64,000 bases of DNA from Patescibacteria group bacterium (GCA_030837225.1 JAUPKX010000007.1:606-64605); one strand, 5' to 3'. Positions 37,393-48,230 are shown, counted from the first letter of the stretch. The notes: generated by a model not told the origin, from the sequence alone. A program made the numbers and translations.

Positions 37393-38409
37393 CTATCGCA
37401 GATATCGATCAACATTCGCCCTATGTCCTGCATAGCTTGCCGAGCAGTGTATCTGCCCATTCCCGTCATGCAGATAGTACAGACAGTTGGTATCTGCTGG
37501 ATTGAGAGCTGCCTCAATCGAATCTAGGGACGGGTTCGCGATTGGGTGCGGTGGGAGGCCGCTGTACTTATAGGTATTGAAAGGCGATTCAAGATCCTTG
37601 TCCTCTGAACGTGGTTGCGGCCACCAGTTCCCTTCTTCTCCGCGTATATACTGCAGCGACGCATCTACCTGAAGACGCATACCGTCGTTAATGCGGTTCC
37701 AAAGAATGCCTGCAACGAGATGCTTGTCGTTCTTCGCCGCTTCGCGCTCAATAAGAGATGCCATGATCAAGGTCTCTGTCCACGTCACGTTCTTTTCTAC
37801 CGTCTGTGCTGCATACGGTGCGAACGCTTCTTCAAAGCGGTCGCGCAACCGTGCTGCAACTTGTGCAGGCGCCTGATCCGAAGGAATAAGGTAGGTATCG
37901 CCGAAGTACACGCCTTCAATCTGCTCGAAGGTCGGTGCAGTATCAACGGTTATGAACTGCATCTTCTGTTCATTAGTCCAGTTCAGCTTCTTTGCGAGAT
38001 GCTCGGCTATTTGCTCTTTGCGCCATCCCGGAGGAAATGTAATCCATGCAAGATACGGCGGCCTGCTCAAGAGCTCTCCTATGGTCCACGCATCCATGGA
38101 AGGAGAAATCATGTATCCTCCTTCCTTGATGTCGCTCATACCGCCACGCGTACCATACGCAATACGAAAGGCGGTCATACTTTTTATATAGCCGCCAGCT
38201 TTGAGTTCCTGAGCGATCGTCTCGAACTCGCTATCAGGCGCAACGATGAATTCAGTTGCAGGGATGGTTGCGGGAGTTACGGGCCCGAAGTAACGAGCGT
38301 ATAAAAGTACAAAACTAAATAGGAGAACCAGTCCAGTGATACCGAGTGCGATGAGGAGACGCCTTGAGGGACGGCGTGCGCGTATGGTCTCAAGGAACGA
38401 TGACTGCAT
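37393..38409 (-). CDS. mltG: endolytic murein transglycosylase MltG (YceG family)
   Basis: N-terminal TM, YceG-like domain, C-terminal ...YYLHDGNGQIHCSASYAGHRANV. Confidence 0.8.
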   Translation of the reverse strand: MQSSFLETIRARRPSRRLLIALGITGLVLLFSFVLLYARYFGPVTPATIPATEFIVAPDSEFETIAQELKAGGYIKSMTAFRIAYGTRGGMSDIKEGGYMISPSMDAWTIGELLSRPPYLAWITFPPGWRKEQIAEHLAKKLNWTNEQKMQFITVDTAPTFEQIEGVYFGDTYLIPSDQAPAQVAARLRDRFEEAFAPYAAQTVEKNVTWTETLIMASLIEREAAKNDKHLVAGILWNRINDGMRLQVDASLQYIRGEEGNWWPQPRSEDKDLESPFNTYKYSGLPPHPIANPSLDSIEAALNPADTNCLYYLHDGNGQIHCSASYAGHRANVDRYLR

Positions 38410-38433
38410 GGAAGACTATTGTACCTTACCGTT

Positions 38434-40101
38434 CTACGCGTCGTCTGTGTACAGAATGCGGGCGAGCTTCAGCTCGTCAAAGGAGTACCGCGCCTTAAGG
38501 AATGCGTGGACAGGTGTAAGCTTCTCCGTACCGTTGGCGTCAAACGCCTTATAGATTGACGGGAGCGCTCCCTGCAAGCGTCTCGGTATACGTGCCTCAA
38601 CGAGCTCACGGGTAACACGTCCTCCCGCCACCAGCTTCGTTACATGGTCTGCGATGGTGCCGAGTGTGAGCTTTCGAGCCTTCGCTATATCCGCGAATGA
38701 TTTCCCTTCCTCAAGAAGAATGAATGTTTCATCAAAGGTAGTGCGCTTCTCCGGACGCTCGCCCGGTGCTGCCGCTTCTAAGGCACCGCCGCACGCCTTT
38801 ATGAAATTCTGCTCAAGGACCTCGCGTTCGTTCGTAAGGTCGAGTGCTTCGAACGTGCGTGCGGCAGCCTCAGAGGACGCGCGGAGTTCTTTATCGAGTG
38901 CCGCTACCTGTGGGTGCACCATAAGCGCGTTCTCGCTCCATCCTAAAAGATGGACGCCCGCGAGCGAGCGGACGCGCGAGAGCGCAACGTACCCTTGTCC
39001 GTATTCAAACGAGCGAGAGAGATCCATGGCAGCCGCATCAAGGCTCTGCCCCTGACTTTTATGAATGGTGGTAGCCCAGGCGAGCTTGAGCGGTATCTGC
39101 GTAAGCTTCGCTTTAACTTTGCCACCTTCTTCAACCGCCCACTCCGCAGGTCCAATCGTTAGTTCCCTGCCGTCGCGCGTCTCAACGATAGGATTGTTCG
39201 TGCCACGCTCAAAGCCAATCACAATGCCAAGCGTACCGTTCGCGTATCCTGCGACAGGATTATTCTTCGTTGCCATAACAACTGCTCCTTCTTTAAGTAC
39301 GAGCGTTTCAGGCGAAAGGCATCCGCGCTTTAGTGCCTCGGCAAGTGCTGCTGATCCAGACGCTGACATAGCGAAGGTCTTCGAACTTCCTGGAAGTTTT
39401 CCAAGTTGCTCGCTGTTTATGCGGTCAACGTCTGCGTTATGCGTAAACAGCTGTGGCACGCCTTCCTCGATACTGTCGTACTCTGCCTCTCGTGCGGTTA
39501 TCAGCGAGACGTGCGTGTGGTCCCAGTCTCCTGCACGTATAGCACCGAGGACTGAAAGAAATTGGCCGTCGTCCTGACGATGCTGCTCAGTTAAGTAGCA
39601 CACGAGAGGATTTAATTTTCCCCAAACCGGAGACTCGAATGCGAACTCTACTTTTGCACGCGATACGGGAGGAAGCTGGAAGAAGTCGCCAACGAGAACC
39701 ACCTGAAGACCGCCGAACGCGAGGTCTGGCTCGTATCGCACTTCCCGCACAACTTCGTCAACCATAGAAAGCACATTCGCTGAGAGCATCGATACCTCGT
39801 CGATGATGAGTACTTTTGCTTTTTGCAGACGCTTCGCGACGTGCTCCTTGTTTGCGATTGTGTCGAGGAGTTCCGGTGTCATGCGGTCTGCAATGCCGAT
39901 ACCGCTCCACGCATGCAGTGTCATACCGCCGACATGCGTCGCAGCGATACCAGTTGATGCAGTTATGGACGGCTCGATGCCGTGTGAGCGTAGCCATGCT
40001 ATATACGCATTAACCGTATGCGTCTTCCCGCTTCCTGGTTCTCCCGTAAGGAAGACGTTTGCGCCTGTACGTAATATTGAAAGAGCCTCGGATTGTGTCA
40101 T
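38434..40101 (-). CDS. PIF1/RecD-family ATP-dependent DNA helicase with C-terminal HTH-like domain
   Basis: Walker A LTGEPGSGKTH, Walker B LIIDEVSM, motif VLVGDFFQLPPV, SH3-like insert, C-terminal HTH (KSFADIAKARKLTLGTIADHVTKL). Confidence 0.8.
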   Translation of the reverse strand: MTQSEALSILRTGANVFLTGEPGSGKTHTVNAYIAWLRSHGIEPSITASTGIAATHVGGMTLHAWSGIGIADRMTPELLDTIANKEHVAKRLQKAKVLIIDEVSMLSANVLSMVDEVVREVRYEPDLAFGGLQVVLVGDFFQLPPVSRAKVEFAFESPVWGKLNPLVCYLTEQHRQDDGQFLSVLGAIRAGDWDHTHVSLITAREAEYDSIEEGVPQLFTHNADVDRINSEQLGKLPGSSKTFAMSASGSAALAEALKRGCLSPETLVLKEGAVVMATKNNPVAGYANGTLGIVIGFERGTNNPIVETRDGRELTIGPAEWAVEEGGKVKAKLTQIPLKLAWATTIHKSQGQSLDAAAMDLSRSFEYGQGYVALSRVRSLAGVHLLGWSENALMVHPQVAALDKELRASSEAAARTFEALDLTNEREVLEQNFIKACGGALEAAAPGERPEKRTTFDETFILLEEGKSFADIAKARKLTLGTIADHVTKLVAGGRVTRELVEARIPRRLQGALPSIYKAFDANGTEKLTPVHAFLKARYSFDELKLARILYTDDA

Positions 40102-40859
40102 GAAATATCGAATTCGAGATAGAGCGCGGCATGATCCGAGACTTCGTCTGGTAGTACTTTGAAATCCTTCACGACTATACCTTCGCTAACGAACGCATAA
40201 TCAGCATGGGGCTCCTCAGACAGCGAATCATACAGACTAGTTCGTGTTGATGCGATGCCGTATTCAGTAATCAGGTTTCGCATACCTGCAGATTCGAGCT
40301 TACGTACACTTTCAGTCTCAGGGCGGAGGTTGAAATCTCCGAGCAGCACATAGGGCTGCGTGAGTGTACGCGTATACGCGAGTATGTTATCTGACTGTGT
40401 CAGTCGATGACCGGAATCTCGCTTTCCCTGACCATTCCAAAGACCGTGCACATTCATGACAGTACACGCTGGATCTGTAAGTGAAACATGCTGCATGATT
40501 CTATGCTGATCACCGATGTTCTCAGCAGAATAGTAACCTTTGTGTCCATAGATACTCACCTCTCCTTCTTCTACTATGGCAAGATCTTCCCGAACGAAAA
40601 GAGCGAGCCCGAACACCTCTTCGAAATGAGGCCTAAAATGACTGACATGGCTGGGAAGTGTCTCAGCGATGCGCTCGAGTAGTCGGGGGTCGAATGTATC
40701 AAGCGCGAATCGCGCGGCCGGCATACCACGGAATTCTTCTCCTCCATTAAAGACCTCTTGAAAACAGAAGAAATCTACGTCTTCATACTTCTTGAGGAAC
40801 GTGAGGATACCTTCTGTACCTGCCTTCCCTCCCCACGTATTGAGTGAGATTGTCTTCAT
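40098..40859 (-). CDS. endonuclease/exonuclease/phosphatase (EEP) family protein
   Basis: N-terminal ...LNTWGG...CFQEV and C-terminal GDFN...SDHAALY EEP catalytic motifs; start overlaps helicase stop by 4 nt. Confidence 0.75.
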   Translation of the reverse strand: MKTISLNTWGGKAGTEGILTFLKKYEDVDFFCFQEVFNGGEEFRGMPAARFALDTFDPRLLERIAETLPSHVSHFRPHFEEVFGLALFVREDLAIVEEGEVSIYGHKGYYSAENIGDQHRIMQHVSLTDPACTVMNVHGLWNGQGKRDSGHRLTQSDNILAYTRTLTQPYVLLGDFNLRPETESVRKLESAGMRNLITEYGIASTRTSLYDSLSEEPHADYAFVSEGIVVKDFKVLPDEVSDHAALYLEFDIS

Positions 40860-40861
40860 CG

Positions 40862-41686
40862 CTAGCGCCTGTCGATTCGGAACGTGAACCGGTATTCGGT
40901 GTCTTCTGTCGAATTCGTCGACACCTTTATAGGAAGAACGTCCATAAGCCAGAGAGATACCGTTTCCGTCGTGATCGGTTCAGTCGCACCAAGCGTAATT
41001 GTCATGGTACTGGTACCCATACCGTCGATCGTCATAACTTTAAGGCGCACCTGTCCAGCCTGAATACACTGCACATCCATTGGACAGCGACTGTCCTCTT
41101 CCACTGAAAGCGGGGTTATGGAGACACCGAGCGCTGATACGGATTCATTGAGTGCTGTCGTAACCGTCACTGACGTTGCAACTTCCTCTTCCGCACGCGG
41201 ATTCTCTTCGTAGCGAGTGATGAGAAAACTTCCATTCACATTGGCAACCGTAAGCGACACCGGGACAATCCCTGCATCCTCGGTACTGGTCTTTAGAATG
41301 ATACGACCCATAACGTCATAGGAACCCGCCTCATTCTTCAGCACGGTATCTACTTCTATGTGGTCAGGCCAAGGACTTGAGGTTCTACGGCCCGGTGCGG
41401 TTGAAGGATCCTGCATCCAGAGCGAGAGAAGCTCCGGAGAAACGTACGGGCCGTAGGAACTCCTGATCTCTTCTGCAGCGGCTGGAGAAAGGGGCGATAC
41501 AGAATTTAGCTGGTTTCCAAACTGAGCGACCGTCGTACGCACATCTCCCTCATGCGAACCGTCTATGATGCCGGTCGGGTGTGAACCTATATAGGAATAG
41601 ACAAGGCCGCCAAGGACGAGGACTGCACCCACTATCCAGAGATACATGAATGAGTGATGCGACGGAACATGGTCGTGAATCTTCAT
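40862..41686 (-). CDS. membrane-anchored hypothetical protein
   Basis: 274 aa; N-terminal TM then Ser/Thr-rich extracytoplasmic region; stop 3 nt before EEP start. Confidence 0.5.
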   Translation of the reverse strand: MKIHDHVPSHHSFMYLWIVGAVLVLGGLVYSYIGSHPTGIIDGSHEGDVRTTVAQFGNQLNSVSPLSPAAAEEIRSSYGPYVSPELLSLWMQDPSTAPGRRTSSPWPDHIEVDTVLKNEAGSYDVMGRIILKTSTEDAGIVPVSLTVANVNGSFLITRYEENPRAEEEVATSVTVTTALNESVSALGVSITPLSVEEDSRCPMDVQCIQAGQVRLKVMTIDGMGTSTMTITLGATEPITTETVSLWLMDVLPIKVSTNSTEDTEYRFTFRIDRR

Positions 41687-41794
41687 GCTTCAAGGATACC
41701 ATTTTCCTATACGCACTCCTGAGTGATGCCTTGACTCATAAAGTACGCCACAATTTTAATTGACAGAGCCTTAAGTATGTTATAATATAAACTC

Positions 41795-43348
41795 ATGTCT
41801 TTCACTACGGTAGTCTCTCGTGTGCGCCTTTTTATATATAGTCTCCCAAAACACAGTCGTGCAGTCTGGAGGCGCTTTCGTGTCCTTCCCCGCTGGCAGC
41901 AGATTGTTGGCATACTAGTGCTTCTTTCACTCCTTATAGGAGGTATTGTGCTCGCTAACAGCGACAAGAGTGAGGAGGAAACGACAAAAGGTCGCGTCGT
42001 TACACTCACATCAGTTGGTGAGCTCTCCGGAACCGGAGGCAGCGTTGACCTCATTGGTACTGTTCGCTCTGTTACGGAAGCAAACATTCTCGTCCAGAAC
42101 GGCGGGACCGTACGCAGTGTACGCACCCGTCTTGGTGCAAAGGTACCGGCAGGATTCATAATCGCCGAACTCGAGAATGCTGCGGAACGCGCTGTGGTAC
42201 TTCAGGCCGAAGGCGCCTATGACGCCACGATAGCGGCACGAAGCGCGCAGTCTCTTCCTGATACCCAAACATCTGCACGCGATGCGTACCGCAATGCCTT
42301 CACGACACTCGACACCACACTCGAGAATGACGTGGATGCATTCTTTGGCGGCCCAACACCAACCGGTCCTGATCTTCTTATCTATGTAGACCGAGAGGAG
42401 GCAGACCGCCTTGCCCGCGAGAGAGCACGTATCAACACTCTCGTGACAGGTTTTGAAGCGAATCTCGCAACAGCAAACACGCGCGCACCCCAGGCACTTC
42501 TCGACGAAGCAGAGTCAGTGACGCGCCAGGTGCAAACGTTCGTGAATCAGCTTGCGAATGCGGCGAACAGGCGGGATTCACGAGTAACGGTGGCCCAGAT
42601 TGCGGCACTTGCCTCAGCTCGTACAGACGTAAACAGTATCCTCACTTCTATCGCCGGGGCACGCACGACACTCCGCACGAGCACAGTATCCGTAACCGCA
42701 GGCGCCGATGCCTCAATCAAACAGGCACTTGGCAGCCTTCGTGGGGCACAGGCAGCACTTGAGAAGACATTCGTTCGCGCACCCATCGGGGGACAGGTTA
42801 ACTTCCTCCCAATTCGCATTGGCGATTATGTTACCAACCTCCAGCATGTAGCAACCGTGGCACAGAACGGTGCACTTGAAATTGTTGCGTATGTCTCTGA
42901 AGATAACCGCGACCTATTAGTCGCTGGCGGCCACGTTATCGTCGATACTAAGCACGAAGGAATCATCACCTCTGTTGCACCTGCGCTCGACCCAATGACA
43001 AAGCAGATTGAGGTGCGTGTTGCTGTTACTGGCGCGAGCGAACTCGTGAACGGACAGTCCGTGCACATTGCACTTCCAGACCTCGCACCTCGTGAGGAGG
43101 CGGTTATCGTTGAGGGCCCGGTCCTTCTTCCCCTTGCAAGCGTAAAGCTCCGCGCTGGAGACCGTATTGTCTTCTCCGTTGGCGAGGGCAGTCGTCTCAT
43201 TGCGAACGCAGTTGAAGTGGGCGAGGTCCGGGGCGATCGCATAGAGATTAAGACCGCTCTACCCAAGGAACTACGCATTGTTGCAGACGCGCGCGGACTC
43301 TCTGAAGGCGAACAAGTACAGGTAGCATCGGCTGCGGACACTCGCTAA
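41795..43348 (+). CDS. efflux transporter periplasmic adaptor (HlyD/membrane fusion protein family)
   Basis: N-terminal TM, long coiled-coil, beta-barrel/lipoyl-like segments; 6 nt upstream of RND pump gene. Confidence 0.7.
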   Translation: MSFTTVVSRVRLFIYSLPKHSRAVWRRFRVLPRWQQIVGILVLLSLLIGGIVLANSDKSEEETTKGRVVTLTSVGELSGTGGSVDLIGTVRSVTEANILVQNGGTVRSVRTRLGAKVPAGFIIAELENAAERAVVLQAEGAYDATIAARSAQSLPDTQTSARDAYRNAFTTLDTTLENDVDAFFGGPTPTGPDLLIYVDREEADRLARERARINTLVTGFEANLATANTRAPQALLDEAESVTRQVQTFVNQLANAANRRDSRVTVAQIAALASARTDVNSILTSIAGARTTLRTSTVSVTAGADASIKQALGSLRGAQAALEKTFVRAPIGGQVNFLPIRIGDYVTNLQHVATVAQNGALEIVAYVSEDNRDLLVAGGHVIVDTKHEGIITSVAPALDPMTKQIEVRVAVTGASELVNGQSVHIALPDLAPREEAVIVEGPVLLPLASVKLRAGDRIVFSVGEGSRLIANAVEVGEVRGDRIEIKTALPKELRIVADARGLSEGEQVQVASAADTR

Positions 43349-43354
43349 TATCCC

Positions 43355-46300
43355 ATGGCAAAGTTCTGGACCTTTTTCATAGACAAGCACCATTTCACAA
43401 TCCTCCTCTCGATTGTGCTGATTCTTGGCGGCATTTATGCTGTTATGATTATTCCAAAGGAATCGTCACCGGAAATACAAATCCCTGTAGGGGTTGTAAC
43501 CACCATTCTTCCGGGTGCGTCCGCTGAAGACGTCGAGTCTCTTATAACCAACAAGATAGAAGACAGAGTTCTTGGTATTGAGAACGTCTCTAAGGTTACA
43601 TCTAGCTCTGGAGACGGCGTGTCGTCCGTAACTGTTGAGTTCGCAGCGAACGCTGACCTCGACAAGTCGATACAGCTACTTAAAGACGAGGTTGACACCG
43701 TTCGTCCTGAACTTCCTGAGGAAGCAAACGATCCACTCGTGAGCGATATCAACTTCGCTGATCAGCCAATCCTTATTCTCTCTATCGCCGGCGAGCTCGC
43801 TCCCGCAGAACTTACCGCACTTGGCGAAGAAGTGAAGGACGAGCTCGAGCGCATCCGTGGCATATCATCCGTTTCCCTTTCAGGTGTCCGCGAGCGACAG
43901 GTGCAGGTGATCGTTGAGCAAGCGAAGTTGAGGCAATACGGACTGTCCATGAGTGACGTGACAAATGCCCTTCGCGCTTCGGGTGTCGCAGCTCCTGCGG
44001 GGAACATCACCGTTGACGGCATTCGATATGCCGTTCGCCTTGAGGCAGGGCTCACTGAAACCGATCAGGTGCGTGCTATCGCCCTTGCTGGTCCCGGCGG
44101 AAGCTCCATCCGTATAGGGGATGTCGCGGACGTTGTAGACGGCCTTGCCGACGCGTCGACGTTCTCCCGTGTTTCTGTTGAGAGCGAGCCATCAAGACCA
44201 GCGCTCACTCTTTCTATATTTAAAAGTCGCGGTGGCAACATTCTCGAGACCGGGAGCGACGTAAAAGAAACACTCAAGGAGCTTGAGGCAGGATCGCTTT
44301 CAGGCACGAAGACCGTAATTACGTACGACGCTGCTGAAGATATCAAGCATGACCTCGTTGAACTTTCGCGTGTCGGCCTTGAAACGATTGTGCTCGTTAT
44401 GATCCTTCTCCTTCTCACGCTTGGGTGGCGTGAATCGCTTGTCGCAGCTGCATCGATTCCTCTCTCGTTCCTGATTGCCTTCATTGGTCTCGCCGCGTCC
44501 GGAAACACCATCAATTTCATATCGCTCTTCTCCCTTATCCTTGCAATTGGTATTCTCGTGGACTCAGGGATTGTGGTGGTTGAGGCTATCCATACCCGTC
44601 TCGTAAAAACATCAGGCAAGCGCGCAGCCGCCATCCTCGCAATCAAGGAGTATGCGTGGCCACTCACTGCAGGAACTCTTACCACCGTAGCCGTGTTCGT
44701 TCCTCTCTTCTTCCTCTCCGGTATTGTCGGCAAGTTTATTGCGTCGATTCCCTTTACGGTTATCTTCGTACTCCTCGCGTCAATCTTTGTTGCACTCGGT
44801 CTCGTTCCTCTACTTGCAATGTTCCTCATCCGTAAAGAACCGACCCGTATCGAAAAGATTCAGGAACAATACAACGAGAGGGCGAAGGCATGGTACGAGC
44901 GCTACCTTCGTGGAATCCTAGGCAATCGCAAGAAAGAGAATCGTTTTTTGTGGACCATGATTGGCCTCTTTGTTATTTCTCTCCTTCTCCCCATCACCGG
45001 GCTCGTGAAGGTGGTGTTCTTCCCGGCTGAGGATATGGACTTCATTTACATTGAGATCGAGAAGCCACTTGGCTCCGCACTCACCGACACCGATCTCGCG
45101 GTACGCGAAGTTGAGGAGATGCTCTATGGCGACGACCGCATTGAGTCGTTCGTGTCTGACGTTGGTGTCGGAAGCGCATTCAGCGGCACCGGAGCCTCCG
45201 GAAGCAACATCGGCAACATAACCGTGAATCTCGCGGAAGACCGTAAGGAATCAAGTGCTGAGATTGTTGCAAGTCTCCGCAAGGAACTTGAGGGTGTCGC
45301 GTCTGCGCGCATTACCGTTTCTGAACCAGCAGGAGGCCCGCCAACGGGTAGCGCAATCTCTGCAACCTTCGCAGGCGACGATCTCGCTGATCTGGGTACT
45401 GCGGTAGATCAGGGCGCACGCGTGCTTTCAGAGGTCTCAGGAACTACAAACATTGAAACCTCAATGAAGGACGACGGTGCTGAGTTCGTCGTTCGGCTCG
45501 ACTCTGCGCGTGCAGCAGAGCTCGGTGTGTCGCCGCTCGCGGTTGCCGATACACTTCGCAGTGCACTCTTCGGCGTTAAGGCGACGGATATTCGCGAAGG
45601 CGCTACGGATATCGAGGTACGTACCAAGCTCGACCTGAATCCGAATTACCGCGATCCGTCTGAAACCGCGAATGCGACCATCGACGCAGTTCGAGGTCTC
45701 TCGGTGCAGGGCAGGAACGGTCCTGTGCCTCTCTCTACTATTGCGACTATTACCTATGAGCCGGCGAACGCCTCTATTCGTCATGAAGATGGAACGCGTA
45801 TCGCAACCCTTACTGCAGACGCAACCAAAGACGGAAACCCGGTCCAAATTGCGTCTGACTTCGAGAAGCGTATGGAGGCCCTAACACTTCCACCCGGCGT
45901 AACCCTGAAGATTGGGGGCGAGAGCGAAGACGTGAACAAATCGTTCGCTGAGATGGGAATCGCACTTCTTGCTGGTGCAGCTCTTATGCTCGCAATTCTG
46001 GTACTAGAGTTCAACTCGTTCCGACACTCTCTGTATTTACTTTCTATTATTCCGCTTTCCTTAGTAGGCGTGTTCTTTGGACTTATGCTCACGGGTTCCC
46101 CACTATCCTTCCCGTCGATGCTGGGCGTTATTGCACTTGCGGGTGTGATTATAAATCATGCGATTATCCTTATGGATTCCATCGCTCGAATCGGCACGGA
46201 GCATGGTGACAAGGATCTCACCGACGTAGTAGTCGAAGCAGCATCCTCCCGTTTCCGTCCAATCGTTCTAACCACAATTGTCACTGTTATCGGCATGGTG

Positions 46301-46450
46301 CCGCTGTCCTTAGCAGCAGGAATATGGGGTCCGCTCGCATTCTCCATTATGTTTGGTCTTGCGTGGTCCATGATCCTGACACTGGTACTCGTGCCGGTTC
46401 TCTACCATCGCTGGCCCGGCAAGGAAGTAAAGGCACGCTACGAGTCTTAA
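43355..46450 (+). CDS. RND efflux transporter (AcrB/HAE family)
   Basis: 1031 aa, 12 TM with two large periplasmic loops. Confidence 0.9.
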   Translation: MAKFWTFFIDKHHFTILLSIVLILGGIYAVMIIPKESSPEIQIPVGVVTTILPGASAEDVESLITNKIEDRVLGIENVSKVTSSSGDGVSSVTVEFAANADLDKSIQLLKDEVDTVRPELPEEANDPLVSDINFADQPILILSIAGELAPAELTALGEEVKDELERIRGISSVSLSGVRERQVQVIVEQAKLRQYGLSMSDVTNALRASGVAAPAGNITVDGIRYAVRLEAGLTETDQVRAIALAGPGGSSIRIGDVADVVDGLADASTFSRVSVESEPSRPALTLSIFKSRGGNILETGSDVKETLKELEAGSLSGTKTVITYDAAEDIKHDLVELSRVGLETIVLVMILLLLTLGWRESLVAAASIPLSFLIAFIGLAASGNTINFISLFSLILAIGILVDSGIVVVEAIHTRLVKTSGKRAAAILAIKEYAWPLTAGTLTTVAVFVPLFFLSGIVGKFIASIPFTVIFVLLASIFVALGLVPLLAMFLIRKEPTRIEKIQEQYNERAKAWYERYLRGILGNRKKENRFLWTMIGLFVISLLLPITGLVKVVFFPAEDMDFIYIEIEKPLGSALTDTDLAVREVEEMLYGDDRIESFVSDVGVGSAFSGTGASGSNIGNITVNLAEDRKESSAEIVASLRKELEGVASARITVSEPAGGPPTGSAISATFAGDDLADLGTAVDQGARVLSEVSGTTNIETSMKDDGAEFVVRLDSARAAELGVSPLAVADTLRSALFGVKATDIREGATDIEVRTKLDLNPNYRDPSETANATIDAVRGLSVQGRNGPVPLSTIATITYEPANASIRHEDGTRIATLTADATKDGNPVQIASDFEKRMEALTLPPGVTLKIGGESEDVNKSFAEMGIALLAGAALMLAILVLEFNSFRHSLYLLSIIPLSLVGVFFGLMLTGSPLSFPSMLGVIALAGVIINHAIILMDSIARIGTEHGDKDLTDVVVEAASSRFRPIVLTTIVTVIGMVPLSLAAGIWGPLAFSIMFGLAWSMILTLVLVPVLYHRWPGKEVKARYES

Positions 46451-46495
46451 GAGAATGATTACGTGGCGAGAAATATTTGATTTCCTCCACCCTTA

Positions 46496-46936
46496 CTACC
46501 GATATCCGCGGAAATGAAAGTCAATGAATCCCCACAGTGCCATCCCTAAAGTTACGAACAGAAGGACTGAGAATGCACTAGCATTGTATGGCTCTTCAAG
46601 AACATAGTGCCAGTATGCGCCGACACCAAAGCCTAGTATCCCAATACCTACATCTACAGCAACGTTGACGGACGACTCAATAATACGCACCGCCCACTCG
46701 AATACCTCCCAAACAATGAGGAGTATCATTGATATGCCCGCAGCGAGCACAAAATTAAATCCAAGCCCATAGAAGCCGAGTGCAAGTAGCGCTCCTGAGA
46801 GCAAGTGAACGAATGACCACAAATCGATATGGGTGCCGTGTTTCCAAATATCCATAACAAAAGTGTACCAGGGTCTGGATATGCTATACCTTAGACATGT
46901 TTCAGTATCTTGAGGAATTGCTTCTTTCGCTTGCAA
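46496..46936 (-). CDS. membrane protein, hypothetical
   Basis: 146 aa, four TM helices. Confidence 0.45.
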   Translation of the reverse strand: MQAKEAIPQDTETCLRYSISRPWYTFVMDIWKHGTHIDLWSFVHLLSGALLALGFYGLGFNFVLAAGISMILLIVWEVFEWAVRIIESSVNVAVDVGIGILGFGVGAYWHYVLEEPYNASAFSVLLFVTLGMALWGFIDFHFRGYR

Positions 46937-47538
46937 CCGTTATACCGCTTCCCGTATTCGCTGCGGTATCTTCCGCTGTCGAGGAAGTTATCGCTCCCAT
47001 TCCCTCAGGCCCCGTTATGCTCGTTATGGGGTCTCTGGCGCAGATACAAGGATATTCCTTATGGATGCTGTTTGGTCTCTCAATTGCAGCAACCATCGGA
47101 AAGCTCGTTGGTGCGCTTGTGGTTTATATAATCGCAGACAAGACGGAGGACTTGCTTTCAGGAAGATTCGCCAAGTTCTTCGGCGTAACCCATGCGCAGA
47201 TAGAATCGTTTGGTGCACGACTTGGGAACGGCTGGAGGGATTACGTACTCCTTACTCTCCTAAGGACACTCCCCTTTGTTCCGAGTGTCGTCGTGTCGTT
47301 TGGTGCAGGTGCGCTTAAGATTCCACTTCGGCTGTTTATTATCACAACCATTGTTGGTTCGATCTTGCGGGACATGTTCTTCCTGTACCTTGGGTATGCC
47401 GGCATTGGTGCCGCTGACGAGATTCTTGCCTACTTCTCTACCGTTGAGTCCTTCCTTCAAGGAGCGATAGTTCTTAGCGTTGTTGGTGCACTGGGATTCC
47501 TTTTCTACACACAGTACAAGAAGACGCATACGAAATAA
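46897..47538 (+). CDS. DedA/VTT-domain membrane protein
   Basis: 213 aa; DedA-like G..R.IPF..SFGAG region. Confidence 0.7.
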   Translation: MFQYLEELLLSLATVIPLPVFAAVSSAVEEVIAPIPSGPVMLVMGSLAQIQGYSLWMLFGLSIAATIGKLVGALVVYIIADKTEDLLSGRFAKFFGVTHAQIESFGARLGNGWRDYVLLTLLRTLPFVPSVVVSFGAGALKIPLRLFIITTIVGSILRDMFFLYLGYAGIGAADEILAYFSTVESFLQGAIVLSVVGALGFLFYTQYKKTHTK

Positions 47539-47539
47539 G

Positions 47540-47573
47540 AAAAGCCAGGCTTCGTTTGAAGCCTGGCTTTTCT
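47540..47573. terminator. bidirectional rho-independent terminator
   Basis: aaaa-GCCAGGCTTC-gtttg-AAGCCTGGC-tttt. Confidence 0.8.
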
Positions 47574-47585
47574 GCGTACTGTTTC

Positions 47586-47837
47586 CTAGCCTCTGCGAAC
47601 CATCTTCACGATAGCGAGCAGCACGACTGCGCCAATAAGCGCCACGATGAAGCTGTAGAGGTTGAATCCTTCTACCCCTCCCTGGCCGAGCATGGTCATG
47701 ATCCAGCCACCGAGTACCGCTCCGACAATACCCACGACGATGTCGAGAAGCAGGTTCTGCTGACCATTGGTCTTCATGATAAGAGACGCGAGCCAGCCGA
47801 CAATAGCACCGAACACGATCCATAGAATAATACCCAT
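47586..47837 (-). CDS. GlsB/YeaQ/YmgE-family (transglycosylase-associated) stress membrane protein
   Basis: 83 aa; MGIILWIVFGAIVGWLASLIM...GIVGAVLGGW. Confidence 0.75.
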   Translation of the reverse strand: MGIILWIVFGAIVGWLASLIMKTNGQQNLLLDIVVGIVGAVLGGWIMTMLGQGGVEGFNLYSFIVALIGAVVLLAIVKMVRRG

Positions 47838-47878
47838 AGTGTAGTTAGTTAGATGCCCGTAATACCTTGAATCTTCGA

Positions 47879-48154
47879 TTACCGCGTCGTTGTCGTCGCA
47901 CGCGTATCGTCATCCGTTGTGACGGTGGTCGTACTGTTGGTAACCGTCGTGTTGAATACAGGTGACTCGTCTCCTGAACGGTCCGTGCCGCGATCAATCG
48001 TCTCTGTCTCGGCGGTGTTTCCCTCTGAGTTCATGAGACCTGGGAACACGAAGAGTCCAAACAGCACCGCAAGGATCAGAACAACGACGGCCACGATCCA
48101 TCCTGCCGAGCTGTCACGCGCTCCACCTGGATCATTGTTAAGGATTGTTGCCAT
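47879..48154 (-). CDS. small membrane protein, hypothetical
   Basis: 91 aa, one TM, Thr-rich tail. Confidence 0.35.
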   Translation of the reverse strand: MATILNNDPGGARDSSAGWIVAVVVLILAVLFGLFVFPGLMNSEGNTAETETIDRGTDRSGDESPVFNTTVTNSTTTVTTDDDTRATTTTR

Positions 48155-48230
48155 AAAGGGTTATACCAAGAAAGAATTATTAGGCTTGTATGACCGCTAT
48201 ATTAGGAAATCGTGTGTGACGTTTTCATGA

